Below the pieces are notes generated by a model. It had not been told where the DNA came from. It saw only the letters and a program-made list of their open reading frames with translations, and ran no database searches. Source: an uncultured Mycoplasmatota bacterium (GTDB taxonomy: Bacteria > Bacillota_I > Bacilli_A > RF39 > UBA660). Taken from it: DNA of 64,000 nt. The stretch lies in assembly GCA_947646095.1 (NCBI GenBank), contig CANSFI010000006.1, positions 1,162-65,161 on the forward strand, given 5' to 3'. A program made the translations under genes and the position numbers. This document shows positions 1-11,046 of the stretch, piece after piece (within the stretch, counting starts at the first letter, position 1; every line of letters begins with the position of its first letter).

Positions 1-149
1 GCCTCATAAAAAGAAGACCATTGTTTTAAATATAATTATCAATCTATTTAAATTAATCTTCTATTTTATATATTTATTATATCATAAAATCAGACAAAAT
101 TGTTAACTTTTTTTATTTTTTACATATTAATTATATATTATTAAAATTA

Positions 150-168
150 AAAAGGCTTTAAGCCTTTT
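150..168. terminator. Bidirectional intrinsic terminator after ftsW/spoVE
   Basis: AAAAGGCTT-T-AAGCCTTTT inverted repeat with A/T tails just past the stop codon. Confidence 0.6.
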
Positions 169-183
169 ATAAAATTTTTTTAA

Positions 184-1269
184 TTATTTTTGATATCTTG
201 ATATATTTAAAATAATACCTATTGCAAGAAACAATATCATTAAACTAGACCCCCCATAGGAAATAAATGGAAGTGTTACGCCTGTTACTGGTATTAAACC
301 TACTACTACCATTAAGTTAAGAATAGATTGGAAAGCTATCCAAAATGTAATTCCAAATACTATATATTTACCAAATAGATCATTGCATTTAATAGCGATT
401 TTAAAGCCAGTATAAATAATTGTTATAAATAAACAAGCTACTATTAAAACTCCCATAAATCCAAATTCTTCACTTATTATAGAAAAAATAAAATCTGTTT
501 GAGGTTCTGGTAAGTAAAAGTGTTTTTGTCTAGAGTTTCCTAAACCAAAGCCAAATAATCCACCTGGGCCTATTGCATATAAAGATTGAATAATTTGAAA
601 ACCACTACCAAGTGGATCTTCCCAAGGATTTAAGAAAGACAAAATTCTTTTTAAACGATAAGGAGCAACTGCTATTAGTCCTACTACTCCTATTATACCT
701 ACTGCACCTATTTTAAGAAAAAAACTAAAATCTACCCCTGCTATAAATAACATTCCAACTATAATCATAACTAATACAACACCTGTTCCAAAATCTGGTT
801 GCAACATAATAAGTCCAAAAACAATCATTACTAAACCTAGTATAGGAATAACACCTTTTTTTATATTTTTTAAATTCTTTTCATTATTATATAAATACTT
901 AGCTGTAAAAATAATTAATATTAATTTAGAAAACTCACTTGGTTGAATTCCAAATGAACCAATTCCAAACCAACTACGACTACCATTTCTTACACTACCA
1001 ATTCCAGGTATTAATACAAGAACTAATAATATTAAACTTACTATTAAAAAGATATTGGCTTTTTCAAAATATATATGATAATCTATTTTACTTACTACTA
1101 TCATTAATATAATAGATATACTTAAAAATAAAGCTTGATGTTTAAAATATTTAAAAGGATCATTAAATTTATATTCAGCCCATATATAAGAAGATGAAGT
1201 TATCATAATAAGTCCAAAAATAGATATAGCTAAAATACTTATAAGTAGAACGATATTGATTTTTTTCAT
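184..1269 (-). CDS. ftsW: SEDS family peptidoglycan polymerase FtsW/SpoVE
   Basis: Motifs GSRSW, QPSEFSK, QPDFGT, YLPEPQTDFIF, GVTLPFISYGGSS. Likely start is MKKINI, which overlaps the mraY stop (ATGA). Confidence 0.92.
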   Translation of the reverse strand: MKKINIVLLISILAISIFGLIMITSSSYIWAEYKFNDPFKYFKHQALFLSISIILMIVVSKIDYHIYFEKANIFLIVSLILLVLVLIPGIGSVRNGSRSWFGIGSFGIQPSEFSKLILIIFTAKYLYNNEKNLKNIKKGVIPILGLVMIVFGLIMLQPDFGTGVVLVMIIVGMLFIAGVDFSFFLKIGAVGIIGVVGLIAVAPYRLKRILSFLNPWEDPLGSGFQIIQSLYAIGPGGLFGFGLGNSRQKHFYLPEPQTDFIFSIISEEFGFMGVLIVACLFITIIYTGFKIAIKCNDLFGKYIVFGITFWIAFQSILNLMVVVGLIPVTGVTLPFISYGGSSLMILFLAIGIILNISRYQK

Positions 1270-2258
1270 AACCATACTCCAAATGCGATTGCTATCATTG
1301 CTCCAATAAGACCAATAACCCAAAATAATTTAACAATATCGTTTTCCTTCCAACCTTCTTTTTCAAGCCCATGATGAATTGGTGCCATTTTAAAGAATCT
1401 TTTTTTAGTAAGTTTATAATAAATAATTTGAATTATACAACTTAAAGTTTCTAATACAAATACTATACCTATAATTACCAACAATAATTCATGTCTAGTT
1501 AATATGGCAAGTGTTCCTAAAGTTGCTCCAAGAGATAATGAACCTGTATCTCCCATAAATACTTTAGCTGGTTTTACATTAAATAATAAGAAGCCAAGTA
1601 ATGAGCCTATTAAAATAAAACAAAATATAGCTATATCTTCATATCCTGCTAACCAACCTGTGTTCCAGGTAATAAGACCAAATGTTAGAAATGCTATAAC
1701 TGATAAACCACCAGCTAGACCATCTAATCCATCTGTTAAATTAACAGCATTACTACTAGCTACTAATATAAATAGAATAAATAATCCATAAAACCAACCT
1801 ATATTAAGTTTAAAATTAAAAGTATGTATCCACAATAATGGTTCATTTCCTGCTAACATAAATAAATAGAAAAATACTATTGCTATTACTATTTGCATTA
1901 TCATTTTTTGATTTTCAGTAAGTCCTTTATTATTATGTCTTTTAATAATTAAATAGTCATCAATAAATCCTATTAATGAATAAGTTAAAAATGTAAAGAT
2001 AACTATTAATAAGTTATAACTAAATACTATTTTTTTCATTAAAAATAGTAAAACCATAGAAATAATAGTTGGAATTATAAATATTAATCCGCCCATAGTT
2101 GGTGTACCCTTTTTTTCTTTATGTCTTTCTTCTAAATAAATACTTAGACTTTGATTTGCTTTTAATTTTTTTAATTTAGGTATTAATATTAATGCACATA
2201 TTATAGAAAATATAAAACTAATCATCATTGCTAAAACTGATTTTGTCATTATAAGCAT
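1266..2258 (-). CDS. mraY: Phospho-N-acetylmuramoyl-pentapeptide transferase
   Basis: KKGTPTMGG, IGFIDD, NAVNLTDGLDGL, VFMGDTGS, MAPIHH motifs. Confidence 0.97.
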   Translation of the reverse strand: MLIMTKSVLAMMISFIFSIICALILIPKLKKLKANQSLSIYLEERHKEKKGTPTMGGLIFIIPTIISMVLLFLMKKIVFSYNLLIVIFTFLTYSLIGFIDDYLIIKRHNNKGLTENQKMIMQIVIAIVFFYLFMLAGNEPLLWIHTFNFKLNIGWFYGLFILFILVASSNAVNLTDGLDGLAGGLSVIAFLTFGLITWNTGWLAGYEDIAIFCFILIGSLLGFLLFNVKPAKVFMGDTGSLSLGATLGTLAILTRHELLLVIIGIVFVLETLSCIIQIIYYKLTKKRFFKMAPIHHGLEKEGWKENDIVKLFWVIGLIGAMIAIAFGVWL

Positions 2259-2268
2259 AATACACCTC

Positions 2269-4176
2269 CTAATTAGTAAGAAGTAGTCTTACTGTTTCTC
2301 CCTCATAAATTCTAGTACTAGCTATAGGTGATTGATAAGCAATACGTTCACCATTTCCTGAAAATTCTACTTTAAAACTTTTTAAATCCTTCATAGCTTG
2401 ATCTACTGTTTTACCTACTACGTTAGGTATTTCTATATATTTTTTATCTAAATAATTATATCTTTTTTCAGTGCCATCTTTTCTTTTTTCTACATTTAAC
2501 GCTATTAAAGAATCATATAATACTTGTTTAACAATAGGGGCTGCTACTGTTCCTCCATATTGTGTTACTCCTTTAGCATTATCAATAGCTATATATACTA
2601 CTACTTTAGGATCATCAGCTGGAGCAAATCCCATAAATGATGTTATATAGTTTCCAACCATATAATGACCGTCTTGAACTTTTTGAGCTGTTCCTGTTTT
2701 CCCACCTACTCTATATCCATCTAAATAAGCTGGTCTTCCTGTTCCGAGTGAAACTACATTTTCTAAAGTTTGTCTTACCATACTACTAGTTTCTTCACTA
2801 ATTACTTTTCTAACAACTTGTTTTTTATTTTCTTTAATAACCGCATTAGTTTCTGGTTCATTTAGACTTTTTACAATATATGGTTTATATAAAATTCCTC
2901 CATTAATAGCAGCAGATACTGCTGTTATTTGTTGTATAGGGGTTACACTTACTCCTTGACCAAAAGAAGTAGTTGCAAGTTCTACAGGTCCAACATTATC
3001 CAAATTAAAAAGTATTCCTGCTCCTTCTCCATTTAAATCAACACCTGTTTTTTTTCCAAATCCAAATTTATCTATATAATCAAATAATTTCTCTTTTCCA
3101 AGTCTCTGACCTAAAATAACAAATCCTGGGTTACAAGAGTTTTGAACAACTTCCATAAACGTTTGTGAGCCATGGCCTCCAGCTTTCCAACATTTAATAC
3201 GAGCATTTTCTACAGTTATACTACCTGAATCATGGTAATTATCTTTTTCTAAATCAACTAGTTTTTCTTCTAAAGAAGCTGCTAAAGTAATTATTTTAAA
3301 AGTTGATCCAGGTTCATATGTCATCCAAACAGGTAGATTTCTATTTATTTCTTCTGTTGTATAATCTTGATAATTAGAAGGGGAAAAGTTTGGTCTTGAT
3401 GATATTGCAAGTATTTCTCCACTTTGAGGATCCATTGCTATTCCAAGTGCTTGATCTGGATTATATTTAAGCATAGCATTATCTAATTCTCTTTCAAGAG
3501 AAGTTTGGATATCATAATTGATAGTTAAGGTAACATTTATTCCATTTTGAGGTTCTTCATATATTTCATTTAATTTTAATCTATTTCCTTTAGCATCACT
3601 AAAATATTTTATAGCACCATATTCTCCTGTTAAATAACCATTATACATAAGTTCTAATCCACTTAATCCTTGATTATCTATTCCAACAAATCCTAATGTA
3701 TGAGACATAAAAGTATCATAAGGATAATATCTTTTAGCCTCTTTAACTAAATAAACTCCTTCTAGTTTTAAATTATTTATTTTATCAGCTATTTCATAAG
3801 ATAATCTTCTTCCCTCTGGATGAACCCTTTCAATAGATGTCCTTTTACTAACATGTTTATACATATCATCATAGGTAACATTTAGTATTTCACTTAACAT
3901 CTCTGCTGTTTTTTCTTTATCTTTTATTTGATTTGGAATTAATACTAGTGATGTTGTAGTTATGTTATCAGCAAGTACTACCCCATTTCTATCTGTTATT
4001 TTTCCCCTATTTGCTTCTAGTGGTAAATTTCTACTCCAAAGATTAGAAGCATAATTATTTAATTTATCATAATCTATTACTTGAATATAAAAAACTTTAG
4101 CTGTAATAAGTAAGAATAAGAATATTATTATTAATAAAACTATTTTAATACGAGTATGTATATTTTTAAAAAACAT
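2269..4176 (-). CDS. spoVD: Class B penicillin-binding protein, SpoVD/FtsI-like, with C-terminal PASTA domain
   Basis: RGKITDRNG, RYYP, GLSGLE, EPGSTFK, SCN and KTGTAQ motifs. Start MFFKN follows an AGGTG RBS. Confidence 0.8.
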   Translation of the reverse strand: MFFKNIHTRIKIVLLIIIFLFLLITAKVFYIQVIDYDKLNNYASNLWSRNLPLEANRGKITDRNGVVLADNITTTSLVLIPNQIKDKEKTAEMLSEILNVTYDDMYKHVSKRTSIERVHPEGRRLSYEIADKINNLKLEGVYLVKEAKRYYPYDTFMSHTLGFVGIDNQGLSGLELMYNGYLTGEYGAIKYFSDAKGNRLKLNEIYEEPQNGINVTLTINYDIQTSLERELDNAMLKYNPDQALGIAMDPQSGEILAISSRPNFSPSNYQDYTTEEINRNLPVWMTYEPGSTFKIITLAASLEEKLVDLEKDNYHDSGSITVENARIKCWKAGGHGSQTFMEVVQNSCNPGFVILGQRLGKEKLFDYIDKFGFGKKTGVDLNGEGAGILFNLDNVGPVELATTSFGQGVSVTPIQQITAVSAAINGGILYKPYIVKSLNEPETNAVIKENKKQVVRKVISEETSSMVRQTLENVVSLGTGRPAYLDGYRVGGKTGTAQKVQDGHYMVGNYITSFMGFAPADDPKVVVYIAIDNAKGVTQYGGTVAAPIVKQVLYDSLIALNVEKRKDGTEKRYNYLDKKYIEIPNVVGKTVDQAMKDLKSFKVEFSGNGERIAYQSPIASTRIYEGETVRLLLTN

Positions 4177-4219
4177 ATAATCACCTATAAAATTATATGA
4201 AAAAAAAGACAAGTTATTA

Positions 4220-4894
4220 TTACTTTGTCCTACTATTAAATACAATTTCATTATTAATCATGAAGATAAAGTTTTTATTTAAATAATGCGCTATTTTCTT
4301 TGGAATAGTTACACATTTTTCCCATTCCATTATAATATCTAAATTTAATATCCCATCGACTATATAATTTATTATTAGATTTTCTTTATCTATTTTAATA
4401 TCTACTTTTTTTATTTTTTGAAATTCCTTATTTAATGTATCTTGAATACTTGAATTTATAGTTCTATGATAAGTAACATCTAACTTATCAGCCAATACTA
4501 GTGAATATCCAATTGTTGATTTTATATTGTTACCATTAGAATGATCTTTTATAGCATCTTCTAATATTTTTTCTTCTTCTTTTGTTATATCAGTATCTTT
4601 TAAAAAGTTTCTAAATATTTCACTACTTTTTATAGCATGATCTTTTTTAAAATCACTTATACTTAATCCAATATCATGTAGAAGAGCTGCGCATTTCCCA
4701 AGTTCAATTGTTCTTTCACCTTCACCTAGTTGCTTTAAAATAATTTCTATATAACTTGCTACTCTTTTATAATGATTAAGTCCATGATCCCAATCCCATT
4801 TACCATTTGTAATAAATTTTATTTTTTCTATTTTGCCTACTGTTTCTAAATACTTAGGATTATTTAAAATAACTTCATACATAAATACCATCAT
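4220..4894 (-). CDS. HD-domain phosphohydrolase
   Basis: DHGLNH...ALLHDIG...H...DH...LADKLD. Confidence 0.8.
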   Translation of the reverse strand: MMVFMYEVILNNPKYLETVGKIEKIKFITNGKWDWDHGLNHYKRVASYIEIILKQLGEGERTIELGKCAALLHDIGLSISDFKKDHAIKSSEIFRNFLKDTDITKEEEKILEDAIKDHSNGNNIKSTIGYSLVLADKLDVTYHRTINSSIQDTLNKEFQKIKKVDIKIDKENLIINYIVDGILNLDIIMEWEKCVTIPKKIAHYLNKNFIFMINNEIVFNSRTK

Positions 4895-4919
4895 CCTTTA
4901 TTTTTTTATCTACTAATCA

Positions 4920-5980
4920 ATCTAAAACATTTATTTTTCGTATACCATTAATCTACTTCAGGATCAATATCCATTGTTAATATAAATTTTGGATAATGAT
5001 CATTTATAGATTCTAAAGCTGAAAGTTCTATTTCTAATGTTTTGCTATCTCTTACTGTATAAGCTACTTGAAAATATTGAACTCCTTTACTATTTTCAGC
5101 CACAAAATCAATTTCTTTATCACCAGATTTACCAATATAAACTCTATATCCTCTTCGCATTAATTCTAAATAAACTATATTTTCTAAAATATGTCCTAAA
5201 TCAATGTTTTTCCTATCAAGTAAAGTATATCACATTGTAATATCTGTTGCATAGTATTTTTCTCCACTTTGTAAATATTGTTTACCTTTTATATCATATC
5301 TATGAACTCTATTAAAAATAAAGCTTTCTACTAAAGAATCTAAATAACTTTCAACAGTATGAACAGATATTGATCTACCATTAGAGGTTAAAGTGTCAGC
5401 TATTTTTTTCTAGTAACTATATCTTTAACTAATATTGTATTATATATACTATCTAATTATTTATCTACTTCATCTTGACTCTCTAATTTTAATGCATATG
5501 GTAGTGAACTATTATTTATATACTTTAAATATAATTTTTCATCTCCATCCTGTTTATAGTAGTTAGCATATTCTTTAAGTGATAAAGGAAACATTTTAAA
5601 TTCTATATATCTTCCAGATAAAAGATAAGCGTTTGAACCAGTTATATATTCATCTAAATTTTTCTTTATATATAATCCATCAACTGCTTTTTCAAATTCA
5701 TAAACATTTTGAACCTCATCTAAAAATACACAATACATATCATTGTCTTTTATTTTATTATTAACATAATTATAAAGTTTCATATAACCATTAAAATTAT
5801 ACTCTGGAGATTCAAGATTTAGTGATATTATACTTCTTTAACACCATTTTGTTTTAAATAATCAATAAAAAGTTCGAATAAGGTAGATTTACCACACCAT
5901 CTTATTCCAGTTACTACTTTTATTAAATCCTTATCTTTTCACTTTTTTAAAACTTCAATATATTCATTTCTCTCTATCAT
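4920..5980 (-). pseudogene. Decayed AAA_14/DUF4143 family ATPase
   Basis: Fragments VTGIRWCGKST, FLDEVQ, ITGSNAYLLS, EKYYATD, LENIVYLEL and EIDFVA, broken by frameshifts, in-frame stops and internal deletions. Confidence 0.85.
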
Positions 5981-6026
5981 CTTTTTAATTATATCATTTT
6001 GTTAAAATATTTGCATTCTTGTTATT

Positions 6027-8009
6027 CTAATCTTTAATAAATTCAATAATTTGATCAACTGTTTTTTCTATACCTTTTTTATCCACATTAATCATTAAGT
6101 CATAATTATCTAAGTTATACCAATCGCGATTAGTATAATATTTATAATGTTTTGCTCTTTGTTTATTTATTTTATTGATTTCTTTTAAAGCTTTTTTATC
6201 ATCTAATCCATAGTATTTAATAGCTCTTTTTACTTTGGATTCTAAATCACTATATAAAAATACTTTTATAACATTTTTGTTGTCTTTTAAAATATAATCT
6301 GAACATCTACCAACTATAACACAAGAATTTTTAGCTAAATCTTTAATAACTTTTGATTCAGCTACAAAAAGTCTATCATCATTATTATTTTCTACTTTCA
6401 TTGTTGTATTTTTTTCATCTATTTTTTCAATATATTCTTTAGATAATCCAGATTTTTCTGCACTAAGGTTTATAATTTTTTTATCATAAAAAGCGATATT
6501 TAATTTTTGTGCTAAGAGCTCTCCAACATATCTACCACCACTACCATATTCTCTAGAAATAGTAATAACAATATGTTTTCCTTTATAATTATTTTGATTT
6601 ATTATATCATCGTTTTGATAATCTTTTTTAACATCTTTTTTAGTTAATTTAAGATATTCAGATCCAAATATAAATATACATATAATAAAACAAATAGCAT
6701 CTGATATTGCTCCTGCATATAAAACTCCATATATTCCTTTATTTAATACTAAACCTAATAAACAAGCTATTGGTATAAATAATATTATTTGTCTAATAAA
6801 TGATACCATAGTTGCTTTTAATACATTTCCTAATGATTGAACTACCACACTAGTAGTTATTTCTAAAGCATTAAGCCCCATAAGTAGTGTGAATGAATGG
6901 CAAGTAAGAATAGCAAATTTAATAACTAAATCATAATTAGGATCACTTTTAGCAATAAATAAACTAGTTAATTCACTTGGGAATAAAACAAATATTAAAT
7001 TGAAAACAATTCCTGTTATAAAGTTTATAATCAAAACTTTTTTTAATACTTCTCTAACTCTATCTTTATTTCCAGCTCCATAATTAAAGCCAATAATTGG
7101 TTGAGAGCCTATCGCAATTCCTAAAACAGATGAAATATATAAACTATTTATTTTAGAAATTATTCCATAAACAGAAAGAGGTACATCAGCACCAAATTCA
7201 GTATCTATTCCTAATTTAGTTAACATATTGTTCATAAAAACAAACAATACTAAAACAGTCATTTGAGTTATAAAACTAGATAATCCTAAACTAAGAATTC
7301 TAAATATTGATTTATTTGGTTTAAAATCTTTCTTTTCTAGTTTAATACTTTTAATTTTAGGAATATATAAAAGTGCGATAATACAAGAGATAATTTGTCC
7401 TATTATAGTTGCAAGTGCTCCACCTTTAACTCCCATATTAAAGTAAAAAATAAATATTGGATCTAAAATGATATTGATAATAGCTCCTATAAGCAACATA
7501 ATCATCGAATATTTTGGTGATCCATCTGCTCTTATTATATTAGATAGAGCTGTATAAATAATTACAAATGGTGCTCCTAAACAAATTATTTTTCCATATT
7601 CTAAGGCATATGGGTATACATTTTCTGTACTACCAAATAATTTTACTAATGTTGGTAAAAAAATATAAGACATTATTCCAACTATAAATGAAATTATTGT
7701 AATAACAGTAATAGAACTTCCTAAAGATGCTTTAGCTTCATCTTTTTTACCTTCTCCTAATTTAAGTGATAGATTAGCACTTGTTCCATTACCAATTAAA
7801 GATGCGATTGCTCCAAAGATTAAAACTAATGGAAATATAACATTAGTAGCTGCATTACCAACTGTTCCAACACCCTTACCTATAAATATTTGATCTACTA
7901 TATTATAAATAGAATTAACAAGCATACTAATTACACAAGGAATAGAAAATGCTAATAAAAGTTTATTTATACTATCTTTTCCTAAATCTAATTTTTTCAT
8001 AAACATCAC
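6027..8009 (-). CDS. MATE efflux transporter fused to a C-terminal cytidylate-kinase-like domain
   Basis: YNIVDQIFIG and NIILDPIFIF MATE motifs; C-terminal ITISREYGSGG and CVIVGRCSDY. Confidence 0.9.
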   Translation of the reverse strand: MMFMKKLDLGKDSINKLLLAFSIPCVISMLVNSIYNIVDQIFIGKGVGTVGNAATNVIFPLVLIFGAIASLIGNGTSANLSLKLGEGKKDEAKASLGSSITVITIISFIVGIMSYIFLPTLVKLFGSTENVYPYALEYGKIICLGAPFVIIYTALSNIIRADGSPKYSMIMLLIGAIINIILDPIFIFYFNMGVKGGALATIIGQIISCIIALLYIPKIKSIKLEKKDFKPNKSIFRILSLGLSSFITQMTVLVLFVFMNNMLTKLGIDTEFGADVPLSVYGIISKINSLYISSVLGIAIGSQPIIGFNYGAGNKDRVREVLKKVLIINFITGIVFNLIFVLFPSELTSLFIAKSDPNYDLVIKFAILTCHSFTLLMGLNALEITTSVVVQSLGNVLKATMVSFIRQIILFIPIACLLGLVLNKGIYGVLYAGAISDAICFIICIFIFGSEYLKLTKKDVKKDYQNDDIINQNNYKGKHIVITISREYGSGGRYVGELLAQKLNIAFYDKKIINLSAEKSGLSKEYIEKIDEKNTTMKVENNNDDRLFVAESKVIKDLAKNSCVIVGRCSDYILKDNKNVIKVFLYSDLESKVKRAIKYYGLDDKKALKEINKINKQRAKHYKYYTNRDWYNLDNYDLMINVDKKGIEKTVDQIIEFIKD

Positions 8010-8434
8010 TTACTTTCTTTTATATCAATTAATTTTTTTAATAATTTATTTAATACAATTTTTTCTTCTTCTGTTAAATTACTTAAAAATTCTGTTTCTA
8101 ATTTATCTATTTCCTTTTTTCCATATTCCAATTCCTTTATTCCAAATTCTGTTATTATAATGCTTTTAAATCTTGCATTTTTCTTGCTTACAGTTCTTTT
8201 AATAAACCTTTTTTCTTCTAAACGATTTAATATTCCTGTAACAGTTGGATTTGTTAGATTAAAATTATTTTGAATATCAATTTGGTTGACCTCTAAATCC
8301 TTTTTATTTTGTTTTAAAGTATATAATAATACTTCTGCCTGTGAATTAGTTAGATTTCCATCCTTTAATCTATTATTTATCTTAGATTGAAATGAATTAT
8401 TAATTAATTTAATTAATTTAGTCGTTGAATCCAT
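8006..8434 (-). CDS. MarR family regulator
   Basis: LTNPTVTGILNRLEEKRFIKR...ITEFG winged helix; overlaps the MATE gene start. Confidence 0.9.
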   Translation of the reverse strand: MDSTTKLIKLINNSFQSKINNRLKDGNLTNSQAEVLLYTLKQNKKDLEVNQIDIQNNFNLTNPTVTGILNRLEEKRFIKRTVSKKNARFKSIIITEFGIKELEYGKKEIDKLETEFLSNLTEEEKIVLNKLLKKLIDIKESK

Positions 8435-8525
8435 ATTTTATACCTTCTTTTTGAGCACAAGTATCATTTTAATACATAGCATACTATATGTCAAATGAAA
8501 ATTTTTTATTTTTACAGTTTTTTAC

Positions 8526-8640
8526 AAATTAAAAACTTCTAGATTTCTCTAGAAATTTATCCTACCCATTCTACGGAGGTTGCTCCCCAAGGAGATCCTG
8601 TAATACTTCCTTCTGGTTTTTCTATTGTTAATTTTAGATT
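8526..8640. repeat. Copy 1 of ~115-bp direct repeat (C-terminal cap coding sequence plus terminator)
   Basis: Closely matches 11129-11244, including CCTGTAATACTTCCTTCTGGTTTTTCTATTGTTAA and the TTCTAGA hairpin. Confidence 0.85.
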
Positions 8641-9407
8641 ATTATTATTTTCAAATGCAGTTCTATCAATTGTTGTTACACTAGATGGTATTATTATACT
8701 TTTTAATTGATTATGAGAAAATGCATTCCACCAAATAGTCTTAACACCATTTGGTATTTCTACACTTGTTAGTTGATTTTTTTCAAATGCCAATTTTCCA
8801 ATAGTTATAATACTATCTGGTATTATAACATTTATTAAACCTTTTTCTCTAAATGCATTTTCTCCTATACTAGTTACTTTTTTTCCATCTATTTAGGTAT
8901 TACTATATCTTTTTCTTCACATGTATAACCTGTTATTTCTATTTCCTTATCTGATAAATTATTTATTTCAAAACATTTATCATCTGTTGTTATAGTTTTT
9001 GCTGTACATTCATCTTTATATTTTGTTATTGTTATTTCATTGGTATCTTTTTCTTTTATCGCACACCATTTTCCATTATTTACAGCAAGTATTATATCTC
9101 CTTCATCGGTTATTAATAAGCTTCCTTCTTTTGGTCTATCTCCTTTTATATTTAATCCTTTAGCTTCTAGAAAGATAAATTATTTTCTTACTAAAATATT
9201 TCCTAACATATCTTGTTCTGAATAATACAAATCAACTGCTTCTACTATTCCATAAACTGAATCTTTAAATGATTCTTTTTTAGTATTATTTATTATCTTT
9301 TTTACTACTGGTACTGTTATTACTCCTATTACTCCAAGTAGTATTATTACTCTTATTAGTTCTATTAAAGTGAATCCTTTTTTATTTATTTTCTTCATTA
9401 TTATCAC
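8557..9407 (-). pseudogene. Prepilin N-methylation domain fused to BspA-type LRR domain, frameshifted
   Basis: KKGFTLIEL N-terminus; downstream frames give LRR_5 repeats (LTSVEIPNGVKTIWWNAF, LKSIIIPSSVTTIDRTAF); several frameshifts. Confidence 0.75.
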
Positions 9408-9473
9408 CAGTTTTATTATATATTAAATAAAATTATAATATAAATTTTATAAACAAAAAAGACAAATTATTGC

Positions 9474-10907
9474 CTATTTATTAGTAAATTCTTTTATTTT
9501 TCTTTTTGCTCTTGTAGTTTGAACTTTATCTATCCAATCTTCTCTTGGACCATACGACATAACATCTGTAATAATTCTTACCCTATCTTTATTTTTTAAT
9601 ATATAATCAACATCTACTAATCTATCATTTACTACTGCTGATACCATTGTATTCCCTATATCGGAATGTATTTTATAAGCAAAATCAATTACAGTTGACC
9701 CAATTGGTAATTCAATAATATCGCCTTTAGTAGTATATACATATATTTTATCTGTAAATAATTCTGATTTTACTTGTCTTACAAATTCTTGATTATCTCC
9801 GAAAACACTATTTATTTCTATTAAACTTTTAAAGAATTGATATTTGCTTTTTAATTCTTCTTGCATTACATCTCTGGCATTACCTTTTTCAATATCCCAA
9901 TAAGCAGTAAGTCCAAATGAAGCTATTTTATCCATATCAAACGTTCTAATTTGAGTTTGAACAAGTCTTTCATCTTCTCCAAATACAGTTGTATGAAGAG
10001 ATCTATACATATTAGTTTTAGGATTATATATATAGTCTTTAAATTTATCATTAATAGGATGATATTTAGAATGAATTAATCCTAATGTTTGATAACAATT
10101 TTCAATATTATCTACCATTATTTTTAAAGATAATAAATCATGAATATCAGATACTTTATGACCTTGATTAATTCTTTTATATATTCCATATATATTTTTG
10201 GTTCTTACTTTTATATTATGAGGTATATTTTTATTATTTAATAATTTATCAATAGTTATTAACATTTCTTGTAAAACTTTATTACTATCATTTTCTATTT
10301 GTAATTTAATTTCTTCAATTCTTTTATATTTATTAGGATATAGATATTGTAGTGACAAATCTTCTAATTCACTTTTTATTCGATATGCTCCAATATAATA
10401 AGCGAGTGGTACAAATATATCCATTGTTTCCATAGAATTTTCTTTTTGCTTAAATTCTGATTTAAATTCTAAAGTTCTCATATTATGAAGTCTATCTGCT
10501 AATTTAATGATTATTATTCTAACATCTTTAGTAATGCTAACTATTATTTTTCTGGTATTAGCCATATTTTGATCTTGTTTAGTTGAAAAATTTAATTTAC
10601 TTATTTTTGTTACTCCATCTACAAGTTTACCAACTTCTTGACCAAATTCTTCTATTATTTCTTCTTTAGTTATATTTGTATCTTCTAAAACATCATGTAA
10701 TAAAGATGCACAAATAGTATCAGTATCAGCTTGCATTTCAGATAAAATATAGGCTACATTTAAAGGATGATTTATATAAGGTTCTCCACTTTGTCTAAAT
10801 TGACCTTCATGTAATCCTTCTGCACAATAATAAGCTTTTTTTATTTTATTTATTCCTTCTTGATTATATTTTTTTACATTTTCAAGTAAATCATTTAATG
10901 ATAACAT
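9474..10907 (-). CDS. rel: RelA/SpoT homologue (HD + synthetase-like + TGS, no ZFD/ACT domains)
   Basis: RQSGEPYINHP, LLHDVLED, IKLADRLHNMRT, YRSLHT, VYTTKGD...DFAYKIHS; only 477 aa. Confidence 0.88.
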   Translation of the reverse strand: MLSLNDLLENVKKYNQEGINKIKKAYYCAEGLHEGQFRQSGEPYINHPLNVAYILSEMQADTDTICASLLHDVLEDTNITKEEIIEEFGQEVGKLVDGVTKISKLNFSTKQDQNMANTRKIIVSITKDVRIIIIKLADRLHNMRTLEFKSEFKQKENSMETMDIFVPLAYYIGAYRIKSELEDLSLQYLYPNKYKRIEEIKLQIENDSNKVLQEMLITIDKLLNNKNIPHNIKVRTKNIYGIYKRINQGHKVSDIHDLLSLKIMVDNIENCYQTLGLIHSKYHPINDKFKDYIYNPKTNMYRSLHTTVFGEDERLVQTQIRTFDMDKIASFGLTAYWDIEKGNARDVMQEELKSKYQFFKSLIEINSVFGDNQEFVRQVKSELFTDKIYVYTTKGDIIELPIGSTVIDFAYKIHSDIGNTMVSAVVNDRLVDVDYILKNKDRVRIITDVMSYGPREDWIDKVQTTRAKRKIKEFTNK

Positions 10908-10924
10908 AAAACACCTCCTAAGAA

Positions 10925-10957
10925 AAACATGGCAAACTAATAAAGAATGCCATGTTT
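10925..10957 (-). terminator. Attenuator-like hairpin directly upstream of the rel RBS
   Basis: 10-bp stem AAACATGGCA/TGCCATGTTT followed by TTCT and then AGGAGG. Confidence 0.65.
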
Positions 10958-10962
10958 AATAA

Positions 10963-11046
10963 TTAAATATTTTTTAAAGAAGAACAAAATAATAGTATGT
11001 TAAATTTTATTAAATTAAAAGAGCAGATTACTTTATTAACTAACAT
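10963..11046 (-). CDS. Putative 27-aa leader peptide MLVNKVICSFNLIKFNILLFCSSLKNI
   Basis: AAGGAGG RBS 7 nt upstream of the ATG; stop codon lies 5 nt before the hairpin. Confidence 0.55.
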   Translation of the reverse strand: MLVNKVICSFNLIKFNILLFCSSLKNI

